Shown one piece after another: positions 46,001 to 53,483 of a stretch of 64,000 nucleotides of DNA. The stretch is from Nitrospinota bacterium. GTDB lineage: Bacteria > Nitrospinota_A > UBA7883 > JACRLM01. Where the stretch lies: the NCBI GenBank assembly GCA_016235255.1, contig JACRLM010000066.1, positions 4,179-68,178 of the forward strand. Reading direction: 5' to 3'. The notes beneath the pieces are model-generated. The model had not been told where the DNA came from. It saw nothing but the letters and a program-made list of their open reading frames with translations, and did not search any database. The number at the start of each line of letters is the position of its first letter. Within the stretch, counting starts at the first letter, position 1. Position numbers and translations under genes: made by a program.

Positions 46001-48714
46001 GCAGGATCGCCCATCTTTGGGGGATGTCGGCGCAGTCCGGTGAGGAAAGCGTGGACGATGCGCTCGGGCGGGGATTTTACAGTCTGGTCAATATCGTCAA
46101 ACAGGTGGAAAGCCTTGGCAGGAAGATTGAGATATCTGTTTTCACGCGGGACTTGTGGCGCGTCACCGGAGACGAAAACCTGCGCGTGAATTATTCCACC
46201 GTGATGGGGCCGGTGCGGTCGGCCTGGCTGGAGAACGAAAACATAAGCATGCGCAACATTGACTTCGATTCGCGCACCATCCACTCGAAAGGATTCACCA
46301 CCACGGCGCTGGGGGAGATACTTTCCGGATCGGAAGACCGGGTGGCGGCGTACAGAGGCCGCAGCAGGTGGGTGGAGACATTCGCAAGGCTCCCTCTCGG
46401 CCCTGTGGATGCGCGGCCCGGATGGATCCGTGAAAACGGGGCGTACCTTGTCACCGGCGGACTTGGCGCCATCGGGCTTGCGGTGGCCGGGCGCATGGCA
46501 GGCGTGCGCGGGGTGAAGCTGATATTGGGGGGGCGCGGGACACTCCCGCCAAAAAGCGAATGGGACGGCATACTGGCGGGCCGGGGAGGGGACCAGGCGG
46601 CGCGGCTTGGCGCGTTCATCGCCGGAACCGAGCGCCGGATCAAGGACGCCGCCGGCATACGCACCATAGACATGATCGAAGGATTTGAAGAGCGGATGAA
46701 CGCGCTTTGTTCGTCCATCGTGGTGGACTATCTTGCGTCGTGCGGGGTGGCGGTCCGCAAGGGCTCTTCCACCTCGGCCGAATCCGTCAAGGCCACTCTT
46801 GGGATCATACCTAAATTCGAAAAATTCTATCTTGCCTTCCTTAGGATGCTCGGGGAAGACTCCATCATCCGCGTGGAGCGGGGGGCATTGACGTTCCTGA
46901 AAGACGCCGATGAAATTCCACGGTCAAAAGAAATGTCCGCAAAATTGCGCGCGGCCTATCCCGGATTTGAGGGGATGTTGTCGATACTGGAGCATTGCGG
47001 CGCAAGCTATAAGGACGCGCTGTCGGGCAAGATCGAGGCGATAAGCGTGCTTTATCCAAAGGGCGGGGCTGGCCTGATGGAAAGCGCGGTGGCCAACACG
47101 GAGAAACATACCCAACATGACACATACATAAGCCTGCTGGCCGAAACCGTGGCGCATCTGGCCGCCAAACAGGGCGGAGCGCGCATCCTGGAGTTCGGCG
47201 GTGGAAACGGGGCCGTCACGCGCAAGCTCGTCCCGCTTCTTCGCGGGATGGACGTGGAGTATCACTTCACGGACATCGGACGGGCGTTCACAGTGGCCGC
47301 CAGAAACAACGCAAAAAAGCATGGCCACGATTTCATGAAATTCGGCGAGCTGGACATAAGCCGCGACCCGGCCTCGCAAGGCTATGAGCCGGGTAGTTTT
47401 GACGTTGTGTTCGGGCTGGACGTGGTCCACGCCACCCCAAAAATAGAAGAGACGTTGCGGCAGGTGAAAAAACTGTTGAGGCCCGGCGGCGCGCTTTTAT
47501 TGGTGGAGTCCACATCTTTCTGTCGCTGGTTTGACATGGCGTGGGGGCTGGCGGAAGGGTGGTGGTATTTTAATGACACTCAGTACCGCGCAGGTTCGCC
47601 GCTTGTGCGCGCGGACAAGTGGGAGCTGGCGCTGGCGCGTTGCGGATTCACCGGCGCGCAAGCCTGGCCCAAAGAGGAAACGGAAAGAAACACCAGCGGA
47701 TGCGCCATGATAACGGCCTTTAACGGAGTTGCGGACGCGCGGGAAGAAGGCCATGGTCTCATTGGCAAGATACAGGCCGTCAGGCGGCTGGAAAGTATGG
47801 GCGCCACAGTGGAGACGCTGGGCGCCGATGTGGCCGATTGCGCCCGGTTTGCGGAGGCATTGGCGGCGGCGGAGGAGGTGACCGGCCCCGTATCCGGAGT
47901 GATACACGCCGCCGGGCTGGAGGCGAGCGGGACAATCTGCGGCGCCGCGGCGCACAACGCGGCGCGCGAGTTCGCCCCTAAAATCCACGGCATGATCACT
48001 CTGGACAAATATTTCGCCCACCGGCGGCTTGATTTCATGGTCCTGTTCTCGTCCCTAAGCTCCGTGACAGGAGGGGCGGGCCAGGCCGGATACGCGGCTT
48101 CGAACGCGTATATGGACGCATACGCCCAAAAGCGCCACGCATCGGATGGAGTGACCGTCAGCGTCAACTGGGACATGTGGCGCGGCATGGGCCTGGCCCG
48201 GCGGCTGCTTGACCGGATGGAGAAAGTGGCCGGCGGCAAGCTGGACGCCGGGATGAGCGGCGCTCAGGGGGTGGACGCGTTTGAAAGGATCATGAACGGG
48301 ACTTGCGAGCCGCAGGTGATCGTCTCGACGGCGGACATCCGCCAGGTGATCGCAAAGTCAAAAGAGATGTACTCCAGCCTACTTGACGGAGCGGGTGGCG
48401 GGGCTGGACGCAGGCCGGTGAATGACAACCTGGACGCCCTTAGCCAGACGCAACGCGCCGTCGCACGGATATGGATGGACACTCTGGGCGCCGATGTGGC
48501 CGGCGTGTCCGACAATTTTATCGAATTGGGCGGGGACTCTTTGACGGCCATAAGGATCGTCTCCCGGATACGGGACGAGTTCGGGGTGGAGGCTCCGGTG
48601 CGCATCGTGTTCGAGCGCCCCACCATCGGCCAGTTCGCCGGATGGATTGAAACGGCGATGGGCCCAAGCGGTGGAAACGTTGTTGTGGACGAACTGGAGG
48701 AAGGCGAGCTGTGA
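43060..48714 (+). CDS. Type I PKS module: KS-AT-KR with an embedded methyltransferase-carrier protein
   Basis: 8-nt overlap with the upstream gene. KS: SACSTSL (Cys 43606), EAHGTGT, KTNIGHTDTAAG. AT: FPGQGAQ, GHSVGEY (Ser 44932), HAFHS. KR N-part: VTGGLGAIG (46453..46476). MT: ILEFGGGNG (47185..47211), VVFGLDVVHA, LLRPGGALLLVE. KR C-part: GVIHAAG, SSLSSVTGGAGQAGYAASNAY. Carrier: LGGDSL (Ser 48538). The C-terminus ends DELEEGEL. Confidence 0.93.
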   Translation: MADKYEQTGLEPIAVVGMAMRYPGAATAEGFWANLRNGVESVRRFTDEQLAAAGVAPKLVKDPRYVKARAVLDGIDMFDASFFGFTELEARQTDPQHRLFLECAWEAMEDAGYDSTKYSGRIGVFGGCGFNSYLALNLSEGLDAGDPAGAYGLYIGNDKDFLSTRVAYKLNLTGPAVTVNSACSTSLVAVHLACQSLLSYQCDMALAGGSSVNARQMEGYLYEEGMILSPDGHCRAFDAKSSGIVPGSGTGIVALKRLEDALRDGDTVNAVILGSAVNNDGAVKAGYTAPSVDGQAKVISEAIAIAGVEPETISYVEAHGTGTPMGDPIEIAALTQAFGTGKKAYCAIGSVKTNIGHTDTAAGVAGLIKTALALKNREIPPSLNYTAPNPAIDFANGPFFVNARLRPWEALTGPRRAGVSSLGIGGTNAHVIMEQAPAQRDAGKSRKYYLAPMSAKTGKALETMQGAIAERLSANHVPIQDAAYTLGVGRRDFADRSAVVCAGADDAARKLKSGAVITGEAGSGARPVVFMFPGQGAQSANMARGLYETEPVFRYAMDECFAILSGVMDTDLKSILYPSPGMEAEAACQLTRTKYAQPALFAVCRSLAVVWRKWGVTPCCSIGHSVGEYVSAHLAGVFSLEDALKLVAARGRVIEKQPGGAMTAVFMDERDIAGIVNGEISIAAVNAQDVCVLSGPVAAVERIEAQFGSRSISFKRLHTSHAFHSAMMEPAVAEFEKIVRDMKLDAPRFAFISNVTGTWITKEDAVDPAYWSKHIRATVRFSGGVREIMKKYEDAAFLEAGPGRTLSGLVSRHGAKLSVACLPHPGEEVDDVEKALDALGRLWVNGARVDWQGFNEGREGCRVSLPKYPFEKRPYWAGGKASGHAKAALVKETDMSRWFYVPSWKRTPSSPKQEGTGDILVFTDREGSGAFLAARLAERGMRVTTVYGGEAYEAGDGHFTVRPDSPEDCRKLFGALGTVPGRIAHLWGMSAQSGEESVDDALGRGFYSLVNIVKQVESLGRKIEISVFTRDLWRVTGDENLRVNYSTVMGPVRSAWLENENISMRNIDFDSRTIHSKGFTTTALGEILSGSEDRVAAYRGRSRWVETFARLPLGPVDARPGWIRENGAYLVTGGLGAIGLAVAGRMAGVRGVKLILGGRGTLPPKSEWDGILAGRGGDQAARLGAFIAGTERRIKDAAGIRTIDMIEGFEERMNALCSSIVVDYLASCGVAVRKGSSTSAESVKATLGIIPKFEKFYLAFLRMLGEDSIIRVERGALTFLKDADEIPRSKEMSAKLRAAYPGFEGMLSILEHCGASYKDALSGKIEAISVLYPKGGAGLMESAVANTEKHTQHDTYISLLAETVAHLAAKQGGARILEFGGGNGAVTRKLVPLLRGMDVEYHFTDIGRAFTVAARNNAKKHGHDFMKFGELDISRDPASQGYEPGSFDVVFGLDVVHATPKIEETLRQVKKLLRPGGALLLVESTSFCRWFDMAWGLAEGWWYFNDTQYRAGSPLVRADKWELALARCGFTGAQAWPKEETERNTSGCAMITAFNGVADAREEGHGLIGKIQAVRRLESMGATVETLGADVADCARFAEALAAAEEVTGPVSGVIHAAGLEASGTICGAAAHNAAREFAPKIHGMITLDKYFAHRRLDFMVLFSSLSSVTGGAGQAGYAASNAYMDAYAQKRHASDGVTVSVNWDMWRGMGLARRLLDRMEKVAGGKLDAGMSGAQGVDAFERIMNGTCEPQVIVSTADIRQVIAKSKEMYSSLLDGAGGGAGRRPVNDNLDALSQTQRAVARIWMDTLGADVAGVSDNFIELGGDSLTAIRIVSRIRDEFGVEAPVRIVFERPTIGQFAGWIETAMGPSGGNVVVDELEEGEL
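46600..47750 (+). other. SAM-dependent methyltransferase region nested inside the KR Rossmann fold
   Basis: The distance from TGGLGAIG to the GV(V/I)H(C/A)AG strand is 87 aa in the KR of 35089..39615 but 473 aa here. The extra ~385 aa carry the class I MT motif I ILEFGGGNG and post-I/II-like strands. Confidence 0.75.
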
Positions 48715-48880
48715 AATCAGCCGAAGATATAATCCGGGAACTGGATGGGCTGGGGGTAAAGCTCCGGGTGGAAGGCGAAGCCCTGCGCTATAAAGGCCCC
48801 AAAGGCGCAATCACCGGGCGGATGCGGGAGATCATCGGCGGGATGAAGGCCGAAATCATGGCGGCCGCCGCCCGCATGGC
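48711..48880 (+). other. TubC-N-type beta-hairpin docking domain (junction 2)
   Basis: The N-terminal ~55 aa are alignable by eye with 39612..39780. The upstream PKS ends in ELEEGEL. Confidence 0.6.
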
Positions 48881-51800
48881 GGATGACATACTGCCGCCTG
48901 TCATAAACCGTGAAAGGGGGGAAGGAGAGGCGCTGCCGCTGTCATTCGCGCAATTGAGACTATGGTTCCTGTACCGGATGGAGGGGCCCAGCCCAACTTA
49001 CAACGTCCCATCAGCGCACAGGATTAAAGGGAAGCTGGACATTGGCGCGTTGACAAAAAGCGTCAACCATATCATTGCTCGCCATGAGCCGTTGCGTATG
49101 CGCTTTTTCGAGAAAGATGGCGAGGCGTACCAGGCCGCGCGCCCGGTGATGGAGATAGATATACCAGTGGTCCGCCTTGCGGCCGATTCCCATGACGCGC
49201 GGATGGAACAGGCGCGGCGCATGGCAAGCCAAGAGGCGCTAAGGCCGTTTGATCTGGCCGCGGATCCGCTGATCCGGGTGTCCATGGTGGAAATAAGCGA
49301 GGACGACCGGCTGTTGCTTATAACGCTCCACCACATAATCGCCGACGGGTGGTCGGCGACAATTCTCACAATGGAACTGGAGAGACTGTACGATTCGTAT
49401 TTAAACGGCGCCTCTGTCAATCTACCATCGCTCGGGGTGAAATATTCCGATTACTGCCAATGGCAGAAGGATGTGCTAGTGGGTGAAAGGCTGGACAGGC
49501 AGGTCGCCGTTTGGACAGAAAAGCTGAAGGGGGCCCCTGCGCTTCATTCCCTGCCGCTGGACAGGCCACGCCCGGCCTTGCAAAGTTTTAAGGGTGAATC
49601 GGTATATTTCACCATCGGCGCGGACTTGACCGGACGGCTCAAGGCGTTCTGCCGCCAGGAAGGGGTGAGCCTTTTCATGGCCACACTTGCGGCGTTCGCG
49701 GCGATAGTGGCGAAGTACGGCGGGAAGGAGAGCATGGTCATCGGCGTTCCGGCGGCCAACCGGCTTCGCAAAGAGCTTGAGCCGCTCATCGGGCTTTTCG
49801 TCAACACGATTCCCCTGAGGGTGGAGGCCGGACTGGCGCTTTCGTTCAGGGAGCTTGCGGCGCGCACAAGGGAAGTTACGCTGGACTCTTTTTCCGGCCA
49901 GCAGGCCCCGTTTGAAAAACTGGTGGACGTCCTCCAGCCGGACCGGAACATGGCGTACAATCCCCTTACGCAGCTTTCGTTCATCCTGCAGGACAAAAAC
50001 ATGGGGACGCTAAAGCTCGGCGGGATCGCCATCGAGCCTTTCCCCACGGAGTGCAACACCGCCAAGTGCGACCTGACCCTTACCGTGCAGGAGGGCGCCG
50101 CCGGGCTGGACTGTTTTATCGCCTACGCCTCGGACATTTTCTGCCGCCCCTTCATCACCGGCATGGCCCGCCATTATCAAAACCTGATAGACCGCGCCCT
50201 CGGCGAACCGGACCGCCCCGTGGGCCAACTCGACCTTATGGACGGCGAGGAGCGGCGCCTTGCGCTAACGCAATGGAGCGGGGCCGCCAAATGTTCGAGG
50301 CACGACGGGCCTCTCGCCCATGAAATGATCGGCCAGGCCGCCAAACGCCATCCTGACGCAATGGCGGTGTCCGATGGAGCGTCGAGCCTCACGTACGCCC
50401 AGCTTGACGCGCGGGCGCTTGCCATCGCAAAAAGCCTTGCCGCCCGAGGCGCAGGCCCGGACAAAATAATCGGGATATGCCTGGAGCGTTCAGTTGACCT
50501 TATCGCCGCCATACTGGGAGTTTGGAAGGCAGGCGGGGCGTATATGCCGATAGACCCGGATTTCCCTCCGGCCAGGATGAAGTACATGGTGGAGAACTCT
50601 GGCGCGGTGGCTGTGATCACATCGTCCACTCTGGAACATGCCGCCGTCGAGGCTGGCGCTCCTCTGGTTTTTATTGATCGCGCATTCAAAACTTCTTCCG
50701 AGCCCGTATTTATCCATTCTGCGCGGCCCGAAAACCTGGCGTATGTCATATATACCTCCGGCTCCACGGGCCAGCCCAAAGGGGTGATGATAGAGCATCG
50801 CTCCTTAAGAAACCTCGTTCATGCGGTAAATAAGAGCATATATGAACCGTATGAGGGGCGGTTGAACGTGGCGCTTCTCGCTTCGGAAGCTTTTGACGCC
50901 TCGGTAAAGCAGATAGCGACGGCCCTTTGCCTTGGCCACACCCTGTTCGTGGTGGACGGGGCCACAAAAAGGGACGACAAGGCGCTCAAGGAGTTCTTCC
51001 GCAAACACAGGATAGACATGACCGACTGCACACCGAGCCTTCTTTCCGTGATGATCAACGCCGGGATACCGGGTGACGTGGAGTTGCGCCTGAAACATAT
51101 AGATGTGGGGGGTGAAGCGCTGACAAAAACCCTTGCCGCAAACTTCCATCGGCGAGCGCTCGGCACGGGAGTCACCCTTACCAACGCCTATGGGCCGGCG
51201 GAATGCTGCGTGGACGCGGCGAATTTCAATATTGATTCCTTCGCGCCGGGAGAACGGGGGATTGTGCCCGTGGGGGCTCCTCTTCAGAACGTCCGGATTT
51301 ACATCCTCGACGGGGAACTTGCGCCTGTCCCGCCCGGTGTGCCCGGGGAGATATGCATCGCCGGCGAGGGGGTGGGCCGCGGTTACATAAACAATCCAGC
51401 GCTCACGGCGGAACGCTTCATAGGCCACGGACCGCTGGGCGAGGCGCGGCTTTACCGCACCGGCGATATCGGCAGATGGTCCCATGACGGAATGGTGGAG
51501 TTCATCGGGCGCGCCGACGGCCAGGTGAAGGTGCGCGGTTACAGGATCGAGCTGGGGGAGGTGGAGGCGGCGCTAAAGAGCATACCCGGCGTGAAGTCCG
51601 CGGCGGTGGCGGCGGTGGAATTGGAGGACGAAACCCGGCGGCTGGAAGCGCTCTTGCAAGTGTCAAGTCCGGTGACCCCCGGCGGGCTGCGCGCAACGCT
51701 GCTGGAAACGCTGCCGGAGTACATGGTCCCGTCCCGGTTTTACGTGGTGGACTCCATTTCGCTGAACACAAGCGGAAAACTGGACAGGGGCGCGCTGGCG

Positions 51801-53471
51801 GCAATGAAAAAAACGGCGCTGGACAGCGGCGAGGAATTCATGGCCCCACGCGGGCAGCGGGAGGAAATTCTCGCGGAAGTGTGGCGGTCGGTCCTGGGGC
51901 TTGACAGGGTAAGCATCCGCGACAATTTTTTCACCATCGGCGGCGATTCCATAAAAGCGTTGCAGATAGCCGCCCGGCTGCGCGAAAGGAATTTCGAGAT
52001 CGCCATACGCGATCTGTTTTCCCGCCCCACCATCGAAGGACTGGAGCCGCTGCTAAAGGCCGTGAAACCCGAGGTGGACGGGGAAAATTCCGCCGATGGC
52101 CCTGTTCACCTTACCCCGATACAACTATGGTTTTTCGGCCAGTTCGGCGGGAACAAGGCGCATTTCAACCAGACCCTTCTGCTTGCGGCCAAGGAACGGC
52201 TGGACGAGGCCGCCCTGCGCAAAGCGCTGGAGGCCGCGACGGGAAGGCATGACGCGCTGCGCTCCCGGTTCTTCGGGCATGACGGGAAATGGACACAAGA
52301 GATTGGCGGGACTGACCGGCCTTTCAGATTGGACGTGGTGGACCTGACGGCCGAGGAGCATCCGGCCGGGGCGCTGAAAAAGCACGCTTCACTTTTGCAG
52401 GCCGGGATTGACATGGAACGCGGCCCGCTGTTCAACGCGGCGATCTACAGATTGAAAGATGGCGACAGGCTGTTTATGACCTGCCATCACCTGGTGGTGG
52501 ACGCCGTCTCATGGCGTTTTATTTTGGAGGACCTTGCCGCAGCTTACCAGCAGGCGTCCAAAGGCATGGCCCCAAAACTGCCGCCCAAACCTTTCCCGCT
52601 GAAAAAATGGGCCGCGCAGCTTTCCGCCTCGGCCAGCTCGATTGCGGCAGGCCAGATGGAGCACTGGAGCGAAGTGGAGGCGGAGGCGGTAAAAGCGCCG
52701 CGGCTGGCGCCGTTCAAACGCGGGCTTTATTCGGAACGGACGGAGGCCACCCGCTTGCTTGGCGCGGACGCCACATCAAAAATGCTGGACGGGGCCAACA
52801 AGGCATTTAACACGCGGCCGCAGGAACTTATGCTTACGGCGCTTCTGCGGACTTTTCAAAAGCTCGGCGGCGGCGATTCGATGGCTGTGACCCTCGAAGG
52901 CCACGGCCGTGAAGGTATCTTGCCCGGCGCCGATGTGAGCGGAACAGCCGGGTGGTTCACATCCAAGTATCCGGTGGTGTTCACCTCACCGGATGGTGAA
53001 GATATCGCCTCGCAGATTAAAGCGGTGAAGGAAGCGGTGCGGCGGACGCCCCATGGCGGAGCCGGGTACGGTGTCGCCCGGTATATGGCGGGGCAAAGCC
53101 CGGACGGCGGAATGTGGAGCGACCCTGAAATCCTTTTCAACTACCTTGGCGGCTTTGAAGAGCTGGACAACGATCTTTTCGGCAGAGCGTTCGAGGATGT
53201 TGGGCCGCACGCCTCGCCGGATGCGCGGGTGGGATGCGGCATCGAGCTGGTCTCGTACGTCTCGCGGGGAAACCTGGAAATATCGGTGTATTGCGACGGC
53301 CCGTCTTACACGGAAGGTTTTGCGGGGCATTTCGCGGAACGGTATATCAGGGAGCTGGAATCGGTGGCGGAGTTTGCGCTGTCGATGGAGAATCCGCAGC
53401 TCACTCCGTCGGACATAGACTACGACGGGTTCGGCATCGCCCAACTCGACGAATTCATCAATAAGCTGTAG
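48711..53471 (+). CDS. NRPS module: beta-hairpin docking domain-C-A-PCP-E
   Basis: GTGA overlap with the upstream gene. N-terminus: MKSAEDIIRELDGLGVKLRVEGEALRYKGPKGAITGRMREIIGGMKAEI. C: LSFAQLRLWF, HHIIADGWS. A: YVIYTSGSTGQPKGV, NAYGPAECCVDA, YRTGDIGRW. PCP: IGGDSIKAL (Ser 51948, the GGDSI form typical before E domains). E: HHLVVDAVSW. The C-terminal tail is COM-donor-like: TPSDIDYDGFGIAQLDEFINKL. Confidence 0.93.
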   Translation: MKSAEDIIRELDGLGVKLRVEGEALRYKGPKGAITGRMREIIGGMKAEIMAAAARMADDILPPVINRERGEGEALPLSFAQLRLWFLYRMEGPSPTYNVPSAHRIKGKLDIGALTKSVNHIIARHEPLRMRFFEKDGEAYQAARPVMEIDIPVVRLAADSHDARMEQARRMASQEALRPFDLAADPLIRVSMVEISEDDRLLLITLHHIIADGWSATILTMELERLYDSYLNGASVNLPSLGVKYSDYCQWQKDVLVGERLDRQVAVWTEKLKGAPALHSLPLDRPRPALQSFKGESVYFTIGADLTGRLKAFCRQEGVSLFMATLAAFAAIVAKYGGKESMVIGVPAANRLRKELEPLIGLFVNTIPLRVEAGLALSFRELAARTREVTLDSFSGQQAPFEKLVDVLQPDRNMAYNPLTQLSFILQDKNMGTLKLGGIAIEPFPTECNTAKCDLTLTVQEGAAGLDCFIAYASDIFCRPFITGMARHYQNLIDRALGEPDRPVGQLDLMDGEERRLALTQWSGAAKCSRHDGPLAHEMIGQAAKRHPDAMAVSDGASSLTYAQLDARALAIAKSLAARGAGPDKIIGICLERSVDLIAAILGVWKAGGAYMPIDPDFPPARMKYMVENSGAVAVITSSTLEHAAVEAGAPLVFIDRAFKTSSEPVFIHSARPENLAYVIYTSGSTGQPKGVMIEHRSLRNLVHAVNKSIYEPYEGRLNVALLASEAFDASVKQIATALCLGHTLFVVDGATKRDDKALKEFFRKHRIDMTDCTPSLLSVMINAGIPGDVELRLKHIDVGGEALTKTLAANFHRRALGTGVTLTNAYGPAECCVDAANFNIDSFAPGERGIVPVGAPLQNVRIYILDGELAPVPPGVPGEICIAGEGVGRGYINNPALTAERFIGHGPLGEARLYRTGDIGRWSHDGMVEFIGRADGQVKVRGYRIELGEVEAALKSIPGVKSAAVAAVELEDETRRLEALLQVSSPVTPGGLRATLLETLPEYMVPSRFYVVDSISLNTSGKLDRGALAAMKKTALDSGEEFMAPRGQREEILAEVWRSVLGLDRVSIRDNFFTIGGDSIKALQIAARLRERNFEIAIRDLFSRPTIEGLEPLLKAVKPEVDGENSADGPVHLTPIQLWFFGQFGGNKAHFNQTLLLAAKERLDEAALRKALEAATGRHDALRSRFFGHDGKWTQEIGGTDRPFRLDVVDLTAEEHPAGALKKHASLLQAGIDMERGPLFNAAIYRLKDGDRLFMTCHHLVVDAVSWRFILEDLAAAYQQASKGMAPKLPPKPFPLKKWAAQLSASASSIAAGQMEHWSEVEAEAVKAPRLAPFKRGLYSERTEATRLLGADATSKMLDGANKAFNTRPQELMLTALLRTFQKLGGGDSMAVTLEGHGREGILPGADVSGTAGWFTSKYPVVFTSPDGEDIASQIKAVKEAVRRTPHGGAGYGVARYMAGQSPDGGMWSDPEILFNYLGGFEELDNDLFGRAFEDVGPHASPDARVGCGIELVSYVSRGNLEISVYCDGPSYTEGFAGHFAERYIRELESVAEFALSMENPQLTPSDIDYDGFGIAQLDEFINKL

Positions 53472-53483
53472 GCGGCGGGAACA

